Shown here: piece after piece, positions 1 to 8,890 of the stretch
How the letters are laid out: every line of letters begins with the position of its first letter
How positions within the stretch are numbered: the first letter of the stretch is position 1
Assembly (NCBI GenBank): GCA_964573835.1
Contig: CAZNMV010000002.1
Span: forward strand, 1-39,926
Length of the DNA stretch: 39,926 bases
Direction of reading: 5' to 3'
From: an uncultured Aestuariivita sp.
GTDB lineage: Bacteria; Pseudomonadota; Alphaproteobacteria; Rhodobacterales; Rhodobacteraceae
Made by a program: the position numbers and the translations under genes
Notes under the pieces: model-generated
Seen by the model: the letters and a program-made list of their open reading frames with translations, nothing else
Told to the model about the DNA's origin: nothing
Databases searched by the model: none

Positions 1-426
1 CCCCGCGATGTCGCGCCTGAGCCCGTTACCCCAGAACGGCCCCCGCCCCTGCCCGAGCGTCAGGTTCAGCCCGCCCGCGATGTCGAAGCGGTTGTTGGCG
101 CCGGGCGCGTCCTCGACCCTCTCGCCGAACCAGCGCCAGACCGCCAGCGGATCGTCCCCGCCCGTCAGCGCGCGGGCGAAGCCTGCCGGATAGGCGAAGG
201 GGAAGTCGAAGCCGAGGCAGAGGCGGCGACCGGCGGTGAGTTCCCCGTCGATGAACCCGGCAAGCCAGTCTTCGACCAGCGGGCGGTTGCGGAAGTAGAG
301 CGGGTCTTCCACCACCCCGCCCCGCGCGACCGCCGCCCAGAGCGCATCCGCGCGCGGGCGCGGGCCGGTGTCGTTGCCGCCCGACCAGTCCACCATGGCG
401 AAGGTGTCGAACCCCGCCGCGGTCAT
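1..426 (-). CDS. conserved hypothetical protein, N-terminal part (gene runs off the left edge of the window)
   Basis: Absent from the ORF track because it has no stop codon in the window. Hand translation of the minus strand from the ATG at 426..424 gives MTAAGFDTFAMVDWSGGNDTGPRPRADALWAAVARGGVVEDPLYFRNRPLVEDWLAGFIDGELTAGRRLCLGFDFPFAYPAGFARALTGGDDPLAVWRWFGERVEDAPGANNRFDIAGG... It stays open to position 1 and has strong G/C third-position bias. Its ATG overlaps the mobA stop (ATGA at 423..426). I recognise no family. Confidence 0.55.
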   Translation of the reverse strand, partial: MTAAGFDTFAMVDWSGGNDTGPRPRADALWAAVARGGVVEDPLYFRNRPLVEDWLAGFIDGELTAGRRLCLGFDFPFAYPAGFARALTGGDDPLAVWRWFGERVEDAPGANNRFDIAGGLNLTLGQGRGPFWGNGLRRDIAG

Positions 427-1064
427 GCGCCCCCGGACAGCAGGATCTCGGCCCGCGCCAGATCCTGCGGGGTGTTGATGTTGAAGAAGGGATCGAGCCC
501 CGCGATGGGAAAGAGGGCCGCGCGCGCGCCCTGCGCATCGGCCCATTGCGTGACCTTGCGCGTGCCTGCACTCAGCGCCGCGCGCAGGTCGTCGCGCAGC
601 GCCACGGGCCAGAGGCCGAAGGTGGGGTGCCGAAGCGTCCCCTTCGCCGGATCGGGCGTGGCCGCGATGACCGGCACCTGCGGATCGCCCCGCCCCGCGC
701 GCAGCCGTGCCACCAGATCGCGGGGCAGGAAGGGCGTGTCGGCGGCCACCGTCACGATGGCGCGCGCCCCCTGCCCTGCCGCCCAGTCCATCCCGGCGAG
801 GATGCCCGCCAGCGGACCCGCGAAGCCCTCCACGCTGTCGGGCAGGACCGGCAGGCCCAGATCGGCAAAGCGGCCCGGATCGCCATTGGCATTCAGCGCC
901 AGGGCACCCACCTGCGGGGCCAGCCGACCGATGACGCGGGCCAGGATCGGCTGCCCGCCCAGGATCAGCCGCCCCTTGTCGCCGCCGCCCATGCGCTGCG
1001 CCCGTCCTCCGGCCAGGATCACGCCCGGAAGGGTCTCGGTGTCGGTCATCGGCGCCAATTGCAT
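423..1064 (-). CDS. mobA: molybdenum cofactor guanylyltransferase (MobA)
   Basis: The 213 aa ORF carries the nucleotidyltransferase N-terminus LPGVILAGGRAQRMGGGDKG, then ..GPLAGILAGMDWA.. and ..TVAADTPFLPRDLV.., all typical of MobA. The start may instead be the internal Met (MTDTETLPG, ATG ending at 1049). Confidence 0.85.
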   Translation of the reverse strand: MQLAPMTDTETLPGVILAGGRAQRMGGGDKGRLILGGQPILARVIGRLAPQVGALALNANGDPGRFADLGLPVLPDSVEGFAGPLAGILAGMDWAAGQGARAIVTVAADTPFLPRDLVARLRAGRGDPQVPVIAATPDPAKGTLRHPTFGLWPVALRDDLRAALSAGTRKVTQWADAQGARAALFPIAGLDPFFNINTPQDLARAEILLSGGA

Positions 1065-1109
1065 CCCCCCGGAAACGCGGTTACCTCAACGTTAACCTAG
1101 GAATTCCAC

Positions 1110-1826
1110 ATGTCATCCTCCACCCCGAAATCCGCCTATTGGGAGGGCTTCCGCGCGGGCGCGCCCTTCGTGCTGGTGGTGGGGCCCTTCGCGATGCTGT
1201 TCGGCGTGGTGGCGACCGAGGCGGGGCTGACCGTGGCGGAAACGCTGGCCTTTTCGGTGGCGGTGATCGCGGGCGCGGCGCAGTTCACCGCGGTGCAACT
1301 GATGACCGAGAACACGCCCACGGCGATCGTTCTGGCCTCGGCGCTGGCGGTGAACCTGCGGATGGCGATGTATTCGGCCTCGCTCACCCCGTGGATCGGG
1401 TCGGCGCCGCTCTGGCAGCGGGCCTTTGCGGCCTATTTCCTGGTCGATCAGCCCTATGCCTGTTCCATCATGCGCTACGAGACCGGCCCGCCGATGAGTG
1501 TGCCCCAGCGCATGGCCTTCTTCTTCGGCGTCGTCACGCCGGTCTGTCCGCTCTGGTATGGCTTCACCTGGGTGGGGGCGGTGGTGGGCAGCCGCATTCC
1601 GCCGGAATGGGCGCTCGACTTCGTGGTGCCCATCGCGTTCCTCGCGCTGGTGATGCCGATGCTGCGCACCGCCGCGCATGTCACGGCGGCGGCGGTGGCG
1701 ATCATCGTGGCGCTGCTGGCGGCGGGCCTGCCCTATAACCTCGGCCTCCTGGCGGGCGGAATCGCGGGAATGATGGCGGGGGCGCGGGTCGAGCTGTTGG
1801 CGCGCACCAGGTGGCGGCAGACATGA
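1110..1826 (+). CDS. azlC: AzlC family branched-chain amino acid exporter subunit
   Basis: A 238 aa polytopic membrane protein with AzlC-like sequence (GAPFVLVVGPFAMLFGVVATEAGL...AGAAQFTAVQLM). It is followed by a coupled small AzlD-like gene. Confidence 0.8.
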   Translation: MSSSTPKSAYWEGFRAGAPFVLVVGPFAMLFGVVATEAGLTVAETLAFSVAVIAGAAQFTAVQLMTENTPTAIVLASALAVNLRMAMYSASLTPWIGSAPLWQRAFAAYFLVDQPYACSIMRYETGPPMSVPQRMAFFFGVVTPVCPLWYGFTWVGAVVGSRIPPEWALDFVVPIAFLALVMPMLRTAAHVTAAAVAIIVALLAAGLPYNLGLLAGGIAGMMAGARVELLARTRWRQT

Positions 1827-2161
1827 GCCTGGCCGACATGGACCGCGGCACGCTGTGGCTGGTCATCCTCGGGCTGGCTCTGGGCAGTTTCGCGCTGCGC
1901 TTCGTCTTTCTGGGCGTGATCGGCGACCGGCCGCTGCCGGAATGGGTGCTGCGCCATTTGCGTTATACTGCAGTCGCCGTGCTGCCGGCACTTGTGGCGC
2001 CGCTGGTCCTGTGGCCCGGGGCGACGGGGGGCGAGACGGACCCGGCGCGGCTGGCGGCAGCCTTGGCCACGATCGCAGTGGGCTATTTCACCCGCAACGT
2101 TCTGGGCGCGATCGGCGCGGGGGCGGTGACGCTCTGGGCGCTGCTCTATCTCTTCGGTTAG
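1823..2161 (+). CDS. azlD: AzlD family branched-chain amino acid transport protein
   Basis: A small hydrophobic protein (about 112 aa) directly downstream of azlC. The ATG at 1823 overlaps the azlC TGA (ATGA). The ORF track offers an alternative GTG start at 1811. Confidence 0.75.
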   Translation: MSLADMDRGTLWLVILGLALGSFALRFVFLGVIGDRPLPEWVLRHLRYTAVAVLPALVAPLVLWPGATGGETDPARLAAALATIAVGYFTRNVLGAIGAGAVTLWALLYLFG

Positions 2162-2754
2162 TTCAGCTTGGCGAGCGCGGCCTGAAGGCTCGGGTCGTCG
2201 TATTCGCGGTAGACGCGGGTCTGGACGCCGGGAAGCTTGCCGAAATCCTCCATCACTCGTTCGGGCAGCAAGGAGGACCGGACGCTTTCGAACCCGGGGA
2301 TCTGGCGCAGGATACCGGCTGTGGAGCTGGCGCAGAAGCCGCCCGCGACAGGGCCTGCCTGCAGGGCGAGGCGATAGGCCAGTTCCGCCTGTTCCGCCGA
2401 CACCTCGACCGTCTGGATGACCACGCGGAAGGTTTCGCGGGCATGGGCCCCGGCATAAACCCGTTCGACTTCCGGCGAGAAGCCGAAGAGCACGTCGTTG
2501 CGTTCGGGCACGCCGCGCGCCTTGAACGACCCGGCCGGATCGAAGAGCACCCGCTCCGACGCCGCAATGGCAAGCGAGGTATGCGCGCCGGCATCAGTGC
2601 GGTTGTTCAGCATCGTGTAGAGGGTGAGCGTCGTCGGCCCCGCATTGCGGTAGGACACCGCCGCGATGGTCGCGTCGTCGGCGAAGGGCTGGTTCGGTTC
2701 GGCGCAGCCCGCCAGCGCGGCGAGTGCGGCCAGAAGGCAGATCAAGCGTCGCAT
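2158..2754 (-). CDS. putative lipoprotein, function unknown
   Basis: The 198 aa ORF has a lipoprotein signal peptide and lipobox (MRRLICLLAALAALAGC). A His (GAHTSLAI) precedes a Cys (GGFCASSTAGIL), which could fit a permuted papain-like hydrolase, but that is only a guess. Its stop overlaps the azlD stop on the other strand. Confidence 0.6.
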   Translation of the reverse strand: MRRLICLLAALAALAGCAEPNQPFADDATIAAVSYRNAGPTTLTLYTMLNNRTDAGAHTSLAIAASERVLFDPAGSFKARGVPERNDVLFGFSPEVERVYAGAHARETFRVVIQTVEVSAEQAELAYRLALQAGPVAGGFCASSTAGILRQIPGFESVRSSLLPERVMEDFGKLPGVQTRVYREYDDPSLQAALAKLN

Positions 2755-2821
2755 AGTCCGGGCCCTGTCCCCTTGCTGGGCCGGAGCGCGCGGGGGCCCC
2801 GCGCCGCCCGGCCGGACATCG

Positions 2822-2956
2822 TCAGGTGATGAAGATCGCCATCAGGATCAGCAGGACGATGATCCAGATCGACGTCCAGGTGGTGAATTTCATGAAGCCT
2901 GCGAAGGTCTTCTCCTGCGTGGTGATGTCCATTTCGCCGTGTTTGTGGTCAGCCAT
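2822..2956 (-). CDS. aa3-type cytochrome c oxidase subunit IV (44 aa microprotein)
   Basis: Below the ORF-track size cutoff. Hand translation gives MADHKHGEMDITTQEKTFAGFMKFTTWTSIWIIVLLILMAIFIT*. The DHKHGEMDI..Q..TFAGF..TW core plus a single C-terminal TM helix matches my memory of Paracoccus/Rhodobacter oxidase subunit IV. An AGGAAG Shine-Dalgarno sits about 7 nt upstream of the ATG. Confidence 0.75.
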   Translation of the reverse strand: MADHKHGEMDITTQEKTFAGFMKFTTWTSIWIIVLLILMAIFIT

Positions 2957-3018
2957 GTCGGTCTTCCTGTTCGCGGGTTTTCCGCCGAATAGCGGATTCG
3001 ACCGCGCCTGTCACGACG

Positions 3019-3486
3019 TCAATCGGGCGCAGTCTCCGGCTGGTCGAGATCGGCGGCGAGACGGAAACCGATGCGCTTGGGTTCGACCGCTTCGGGGTCC
3101 TTGGGCCAGGCCTTCAGCATCACGTTGAGCTGGCTCACATGCTGGATGAGCTGGGTGCGCGCGCCGTCGGTGCTGCGGCCGTAGAAGGTGACGATGTCGG
3201 GGTCGAAATAGCCAAGACCCTCGATCTTGAGCACGCCCAGTTCGCCGCCCGCGAAGCCCATCGCGACCTCGTGGTCAGCGTCGAGCTGCTTCTCGAAGTT
3301 CTGGATGTAGAGGATCAGCCGTTCATGGGCCCATTTCGCCGGGGTCTTGTCGCCCACGGGCTGGCGCATGCCTTCGGGCAGGTCGTCGCAGGGCGACGCG
3401 GTGTCGGGATCGCAGTGCACCTCGTGGCGGCGCGGGATGGCGGCGTTCTCGGCGGCTTCGGCGGTGGTGTCGATCTCGCGCGCCAT
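3019..3486 (-). CDS. conserved hypothetical protein
   Basis: A 155 aa ORF with good GC3 bias, lying 3 nt downstream of the MBL-fold gene stop and so probably co-translated with it. No family assigned with confidence. Confidence 0.6.
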   Translation of the reverse strand: MAREIDTTAEAAENAAIPRRHEVHCDPDTASPCDDLPEGMRQPVGDKTPAKWAHERLILYIQNFEKQLDADHEVAMGFAGGELGVLKIEGLGYFDPDIVTFYGRSTDGARTQLIQHVSQLNVMLKAWPKDPEAVEPKRIGFRLAADLDQPETAPD

Positions 3487-3489
3487 GGA

Positions 3490-4533
3490 TCAGGTAGCCC
3501 TCTGGAAAGTCCAGGCACCGTCATCGCGCCGCTGCCGCGTGGCCTGACCCGCAAGCAGAAGATGGTTGAGATGCGCCACCGCCTCGACCAGGGCAAGGCC
3601 GTATTCGCCGTCGCCGATGCTGCGCTTGAAGAGCGGCGCAAAGCAGTCGGCTGCCGTGCGCGGCGTGTCGAGATGGTCGACCAGCCGGGCAAGCGCGCCG
3701 TGGTGGTTGTCGATCAGCTGGCGCATGCGCAGGGTAAGCCCGGTGAAGGGCAGCTTGTGGCCGCCGAGCACCAGATGGCCGGGCCGGGCAAGCTTGGCCA
3801 GACGTTCACAGGCCTCGATCCAGTCGCCCACCGGGTCGGCCATGGGTTCGGTCGCATAAACGCCGAGATTGGGCGAGATCGACGGCAGGATCTGGTCGCC
3901 CGCGATCACGAGATTGTCGTCCCGGCTCCAGAATGTCGCGTGTTCAGGGGCGTGGCCATTGCCGATATGGATGTCCCAGTCACGCCCGCCCATGCGGATC
4001 GTGTCGCCCTGCGCGATGCGGGTGAAGCCCAGCGGCATGGGCGCCACGACATCGGCGAAGTTGAAGGGCCGTTCGGTTTCGCGCTGGCGGAAGATGTGAT
4101 CGGCCATGCCTGCACCGCGATAGAAGGCAAGCGTCTCGGGCGGCAGCGCCTCCTGCCGGTCGAGCATGAGCATGCGCGCAAACAGCCACGCGGTGCGGGT
4201 GGTGATCAGTTCGGCCCCGTGGTCTGACTGGAACCAGCCCGCAAGGCCCACGTGATCGGGGTGGTGATGGGTGACGACCACGCGCGTCACGGGCTTGCCG
4301 CCCAGCGGCCCCGCCATCAGCGCGCCCCAGACCTCGCGCGCCAGGGTCGAGGCGAAGCCGGTGTCGATCACCGTCCAGCCGTCGCCATCGTCGAGCGCAT
4401 AGACATTCACATGGTCTAGCTTCATGGGCAGCGGCAGGCGCATCCAGAGCACACCTTCCGCCACTTCGATCGCCGCGCCCCGATCGGGCGCGGTGTCGAA
4501 CGGGTATCTGAGGCCTTCCGCCAAGCCGTCCAT
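3490..4533 (-). CDS. MBL-fold metallo-hydrolase
   Basis: The 347 aa ORF contains the metallo-beta-lactamase motif VVVTHHHPDHVGLAGW (HxHxDH) and downstream His/Asp ligands (IGNGHAPEH). Confidence 0.8.
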   Translation of the reverse strand: MDGLAEGLRYPFDTAPDRGAAIEVAEGVLWMRLPLPMKLDHVNVYALDDGDGWTVIDTGFASTLAREVWGALMAGPLGGKPVTRVVVTHHHPDHVGLAGWFQSDHGAELITTRTAWLFARMLMLDRQEALPPETLAFYRGAGMADHIFRQRETERPFNFADVVAPMPLGFTRIAQGDTIRMGGRDWDIHIGNGHAPEHATFWSRDDNLVIAGDQILPSISPNLGVYATEPMADPVGDWIEACERLAKLARPGHLVLGGHKLPFTGLTLRMRQLIDNHHGALARLVDHLDTPRTAADCFAPLFKRSIGDGEYGLALVEAVAHLNHLLLAGQATRQRRDDGAWTFQRAT

Positions 4534-4580
4534 GTCTTTCCGCCTTTCTGAGCGGCACTCCGGCCGCGCCTGACCCCTTA

Positions 4581-6296
4581 CTACGCCGCGAGGTCGTCGA
4601 GGCTCAAGGCATAGAGATCAGCCGACCCGCGCTGCGCATGGGCAAGCAGGCCTTCATGCTCGGGCAGAAGGCGCGTGATGTAGAAGCGCGCCAGCGCCAT
4701 GCGGGGACCGGTCGGATCGGCAAGCGCCGCCTTGAGATGGAAATGCCCGCCCAGCACCCTCGCAAAGGCGCGCAGGTAGGGCACGGCGCCGGCGAAGCGG
4801 TCGGTCAGATCCTCTTGCGCGACCATCCATTCGGTTGCTTCGCGCAAGCTCTCGGTGGCCTGCCAGACGCCTTCGGCCAGAGCGGCGAGCTCACCGCCCT
4901 GCGCGCGCGCATCCTCGGCCTGGGCCTCGATCTCGTCCAGAAGGCGGTGCGCGGCCTCGCCCCCGTCGGCCATCTTGCGCGCGACAAGGTCCATTGCCTG
5001 AATGCCGTTCGTACCTTCGTAGATCGTGGTCACGCGGACATCGCGGGCGAACTGGGCGGCGCCGGTTTCCTCGACAAAGCCCATGCCGCCATGGACCTGG
5101 ATGCCGGTACTGGCGACTTCGTTGCCGATATCGGTGCCGAAGGCCTTGGCGATGGGGGTGAGGAAGGCGGCGCGCGCGGTCCAGTCGGCTTCGCCCGTGG
5201 CGGTCCCCATGTCGATGGCAACCGCGCAGGACAGCGCGATGGACCGCGCCGCGAAGATGTCGGCCTTCATCGTGGTCAGCATCCGCCGCACGTCGGCATG
5301 GGCGGCGATGGTATAGCCGTGATAGGACCGGCCCTGCTTGCGGTTCAGCGCATAGTCGAAGGCGTTCTGATAGGCGCCCTCGGCCACGCCGATGCCCTGC
5401 ACCCCGACGCCGAGACGCGCGTTGTTCATCATGGTGAACATCGCCGCCATGCCGTCGTTTTCTTCCCCCACCAGCCAGCCGGTGGCGCCGTCATACTGCA
5501 TCACGCAGGTGGGCGATCCGTGCAGGCCGAGCTTGTGTTCGATGCTGACGACCTTGAGGCTGTTGGCCACGCCGGGATTGCCCTGTGCATCGGGGATGAA
5601 CTTCGGCACGAGGAAGAGGCTGATGCCCTTGGTCCCCGGGCTCGCCCCCGGAATGCGCGCCAGCACGAGATGGCAGACATTCCCGGCGAAATCGGTGTCG
5701 CCCCAGGTGATGTAGATCTTCTGCCCCGTGATCGCGAAGCTGCCGTCATCGTTGCGGTCAGCCTTGGTGATGAGCGCACCCACGTCCGAGCCCGCCTGCG
5801 GTTCGGTCAGGTTCATCGTGCCCGTCCATTCGCCCGAGATGAGCTTGGGCAGGTAAAGCGCCTTCATCTCGTCGCTGGCGTGATGCTCCAGCGCCTCGAT
5901 CTGGCCCTGCGACATCAGCGGCGCAAGCTGCAGCGACAGGCATGCCGCGCTCATCATGTCGTTGACGGCAGTGGTCACGGCCATGGGCAGGCCCATGCCA
6001 CCATGGTCGGGCGAACCCGCGATGCCGACCCAGCCGCCTTCCGCGATGGCGCGCCAGCCGTCGCCGAAGCCGGGCGAGGTGCGCATGACCCCGTTTTCGA
6101 GCCGCGCAGGGTGCTGGTCGCCCGCGCGCTGCAGCGGCACGAGCGCGGCTTCGGTCATCTTGCCCGCCTCGGCGAGGACGGCGCGGACGGTGTCCGGCGC
6201 GGCCTCGGCAAAGCGGTCGGTGGCTGCGACGCGGTCGTAACCGACGATTTGTTCGAGGATGAAGTCGAATTCGGCGAGAGGGGCGCGGTATGGCAT
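4581..6296 (-). CDS. acyl-CoA dehydrogenase (long, about 570 aa type with C-terminal extension)
   Basis: Shows ACAD features (GWVGIAGSPDHGGMGLP, TEPQAGSDVG, YEGTNGIQAMDL). The track ORF extends to 6416, but MPYRAPLAEFDF (ATG at 6296..6294) is the more plausible start. Confidence 0.85.
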   Translation of the reverse strand: MPYRAPLAEFDFILEQIVGYDRVAATDRFAEAAPDTVRAVLAEAGKMTEAALVPLQRAGDQHPARLENGVMRTSPGFGDGWRAIAEGGWVGIAGSPDHGGMGLPMAVTTAVNDMMSAACLSLQLAPLMSQGQIEALEHHASDEMKALYLPKLISGEWTGTMNLTEPQAGSDVGALITKADRNDDGSFAITGQKIYITWGDTDFAGNVCHLVLARIPGASPGTKGISLFLVPKFIPDAQGNPGVANSLKVVSIEHKLGLHGSPTCVMQYDGATGWLVGEENDGMAAMFTMMNNARLGVGVQGIGVAEGAYQNAFDYALNRKQGRSYHGYTIAAHADVRRMLTTMKADIFAARSIALSCAVAIDMGTATGEADWTARAAFLTPIAKAFGTDIGNEVASTGIQVHGGMGFVEETGAAQFARDVRVTTIYEGTNGIQAMDLVARKMADGGEAAHRLLDEIEAQAEDARAQGGELAALAEGVWQATESLREATEWMVAQEDLTDRFAGAVPYLRAFARVLGGHFHLKAALADPTGPRMALARFYITRLLPEHEGLLAHAQRGSADLYALSLDDLAA

Positions 6297-6451
6297 CGGG
6301 TCAGGCTCCGTCGCGGGGGCGCCGGGAAGGGTCGGGAACCGCTTTCCCTTGCGGCGCGCCGCCGCTATGAGGGGATGTTGCCCCCCATGAAAGACCCCGG
6401 GGCGCGCGGCACGCAACCGGAACGCCGCGTCACGGAAAAGCGGCGAGGCAG

Positions 6452-7420
6452 ATGAACGCGGAAACGACCCTGACCCTTGGCACCGGCCCGGAGGATCTGG
6501 CGCGGGCGGCAGAGCTGCTGCGCGGCGGTGGTCTGGTCGCCTTTCCGACGGAAACGGTCTATGGCCTCGGTGCCGATGCGCGGCAGGGCGCGGCGGTGGC
6601 GGCGGTCTATGCGGCCAAGGGGCGGCCCGAGTTCAACCCGCTGATCGTGCATGTCCCCGACCTTGCGGCGGCAGAGCGGATCGCGGTCTTCGACGCCGAT
6701 GCGCGGGCGCTTGCGGGCGCGTTCTGGCCGGGGCCGCTGACGCTGGTGCTGCCACTGGCCGCCGGGCACGGGCTGAGTTCGCTGGTGACGGCGGGGCTTT
6801 CCACGGTGGCGGTGCGCGTGCCCGCCCATCCGGTGGCGCAGGGACTGCTGGCGGCCTTCGGCGGGCCGGTGGCGGCGCCTTCCGCCAACCGGTCGGGCCG
6901 GATCAGCCCGACGCGGGCGGCGCATGTACTGGCGGGGCTGACGGGGCGGATCGCGGCGGTGGTCGATGGCGGACCCTGCGGCGTGGGGGTCGAATCGACG
7001 ATTCTGGGGCTTGGTCCGGAGGGCGCGCGGCTGCTGCGGCCGGGCGGGCTGCCCGCCGAGGCGGTCGAGGCCGCCTTGGGACGGCCCCTTTTGCCACCCG
7101 AGGACGGCACCATCAGCGCGCCGGGCCAGCTTCTGTCGCATTACGCGCCTGCCGCGGCTTTGCGGCTGAACGCGGATGCCCCGCAGGCGGGCGAAGTCTA
7201 TCTCGGCTTTCACGACAGGGGCGGCGATCTGAACCTGTCGCCCTCGGGCGATCTGGCGCAGGCGGCAGCCAATCTGTTCGACCATCTGCACCGGCTCGAT
7301 GCGACGGGGCGGCCCATCGCGGTCGCGCCCGTCCCCGACCGGGGCCTGGGCCGGGCGATCAACGACCGGCTGCGGCGGGCGGCGGCGCCGCGCCCTTCAG
7401 GCGCGCCCGGCGGCGGCTGA
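6452..7420 (+). CDS. tsaC: L-threonylcarbamoyladenylate synthase (Sua5/YwlC/TsaC family, long form)
   Basis: A 322 aa ORF with YrdC-domain motifs ([34 protein letters not shown]) and a C-terminal Sua5-type domain. Confidence 0.85.
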   Translation: MNAETTLTLGTGPEDLARAAELLRGGGLVAFPTETVYGLGADARQGAAVAAVYAAKGRPEFNPLIVHVPDLAAAERIAVFDADARALAGAFWPGPLTLVLPLAAGHGLSSLVTAGLSTVAVRVPAHPVAQGLLAAFGGPVAAPSANRSGRISPTRAAHVLAGLTGRIAAVVDGGPCGVGVESTILGLGPEGARLLRPGGLPAEAVEAALGRPLLPPEDGTISAPGQLLSHYAPAAALRLNADAPQAGEVYLGFHDRGGDLNLSPSGDLAQAAANLFDHLHRLDATGRPIAVAPVPDRGLGRAINDRLRRAAAPRPSGAPGGG

Positions 7421-7960
7421 GAGCAGAATCGGATCGATCCCCAGACAGCGCAGCGCGGCCTCCCACTTGGTGGGATCGGGCGTGTCGAAGATCAGATCGG
7501 CCGAGGCATCGGCGGTGAGCCAGGCGTTCTGCGCGATCTCGCCTTCGAGCTGCCCCGGCCCCCAGCCGGAATAGCCCAGGCACACCAGCGACGCGCGCGG
7601 GCCGCGCCCGCGCGCGATATCCTCGATCACGTCGACGGTGGCGGTCATGCCGATGGCGTCGGTCACCCCCAGCGTCTGCAGGCGCGAGGCATAGTCGCGC
7701 GAATGCAGCACGAACCCGCGCCCGGTTTCCACCGGGCCACCGAAGCGCACCGGGTCACGGCCCACACCCGGCAGCACCGCATCGATGTCGAGCTGGGACA
7801 GCAGCGCCGAGACCTGCAGCCCGTTCGCGGGCTTGTTCACGATCAGGCCCATCGCACCGTCGGCGGCATGGCTGCACAGCAAGATGACCGCGCGGTCAAA
7901 GCGCGGGTCGCCCATGCCGGGCATCGCGATCAGAAGCTTTCCGGTCAGGTCCATGCCCAT
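7397..7960 (-). CDS. YqgE/AlgH family protein
   Basis: The sequence from [41 protein letters not shown]...GGPV...[11 protein letters not shown] is classic YqgE/AlgH. The upstream 82 codons of the track ORF are Ser/Cys/Pro-rich junk, so I chose the start at 7960 (or 7954). Confidence 0.8.
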   Translation of the reverse strand: MGMDLTGKLLIAMPGMGDPRFDRAVILLCSHAADGAMGLIVNKPANGLQVSALLSQLDIDAVLPGVGRDPVRFGGPVETGRGFVLHSRDYASRLQTLGVTDAIGMTATVDVIEDIARGRGPRASLVCLGYSGWGPGQLEGEIAQNAWLTADASADLIFDTPDPTKWEAALRCLGIDPILLSAAAGRA

Positions 7961-8078
7961 TCCCACCCGCGGCCCCTGCCTGCAACATGGGCGCTGGGGA
8001 CACAGCCTGCAAGCGCAACGCGTCGTCTGACCCGAACGTGACTTGGCAATGCCCGCGCGGCAGGCCATGTGAGACCGG

Positions 8079-8885
8079 ATGTGGAAGATGTTCGGCATAT
8101 CCGCGCTCATTGCGCTGACCGGGTTCGGCCCTGCCACAGCAACCGGGTGGGTCGACGAGGTCGTGCAGCTCGACGTGCTGGACGGCGGCGCGGCACAGGA
8201 CGGCACCCATCGCGCGGGGCTGCGGCTGCGGCTGGCCGAGGGATGGAAGACCTATTGGCGCGCGCCGGGCGACGCGGGCATTCCGCCACTCTTCGACTGG
8301 CGCGGGTCGCGGAACCTCGATGGCGTGCAGGTCCTCTGGCCCGTGCCCATCGTCTTTGAACAAAACGGCATGCGGTCGATCGGCTATGCGCGGGAGGTTG
8401 TGCTGCCGCTCGACCTGACCCCACGGACAGGCGGAGAGCCGATCCGCCTGAAGGGATCGGTCGAGATCGGTGTCTGCCGCGAGGTCTGCATCCCCGCGAC
8501 GCTGCATTTCGACGCGACGCTCGACCCCGGTGCAGGCGTGAACCCGCAGATCGTCGCGGCGCGCGCGAACCGGCCGCGGACACAGGCCGAGGCGGGCGTG
8601 GGCCGGGTGACCTGCCGCCTGTCCCCGGTCACGGGCGGTCTGAGGATCGAGGCGCATATCGAGATGCCGAAAGGGCGCGGCGCCGAGGTGGCGGTGATCG
8701 AACCGGGCGACCCGGCGGTCTGGGCGTCCGAGCCGGACGTGACGCGCAAGGGCGGCACGCTGATCGCGGTGGCCGAGCTGATGCATTCGGGCGGCGGGGC
8801 CTTCGCGGTCGACCGCTCGCAGATGCGCTTCACCGTGATCGACGCGGGCCGCGCCGTCGATATCCGGGGCTGCAGCGCCGACTGA
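8079..8885 (+). CDS. DsbD N-terminal-domain-like (thiol:disulfide interchange) periplasmic protein
   Basis: A 268 aa ORF with a signal peptide. The motif [16 protein letters not shown] and the later GVCREVCIP are typical of the DsbD/ScsB N-terminal (DsbC-like) domain family. Confidence 0.65.
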   Translation: MWKMFGISALIALTGFGPATATGWVDEVVQLDVLDGGAAQDGTHRAGLRLRLAEGWKTYWRAPGDAGIPPLFDWRGSRNLDGVQVLWPVPIVFEQNGMRSIGYAREVVLPLDLTPRTGGEPIRLKGSVEIGVCREVCIPATLHFDATLDPGAGVNPQIVAARANRPRTQAEAGVGRVTCRLSPVTGGLRIEAHIEMPKGRGAEVAVIEPGDPAVWASEPDVTRKGGTLIAVAELMHSGGGAFAVDRSQMRFTVIDAGRAVDIRGCSAD

Positions 8886-8890
8886 CGCGC

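Noticed and set aside
2760-2821. GC-rich stem-loop (GCGCGGGG-G-CCCCGCGC, flanked by GGCCGG/CCGGCC) downstream of the subunit IV gene, as a possible terminator.
   Set aside because: It has no U-tract on either strand, and the loop is too small for the full stem to form. It may be a weak structure, but there is not enough evidence to annotate it.
4638-6455. 605 aa plus-strand ORF covering the whole acyl-CoA dehydrogenase locus.
   Set aside because: It is antisense to a gene with clear ACAD motifs. Its translation is Arg/Gly/Ala/His-rich low-complexity sequence with no recognisable motif, which is the typical long open antisense frame of very GC-rich DNA.
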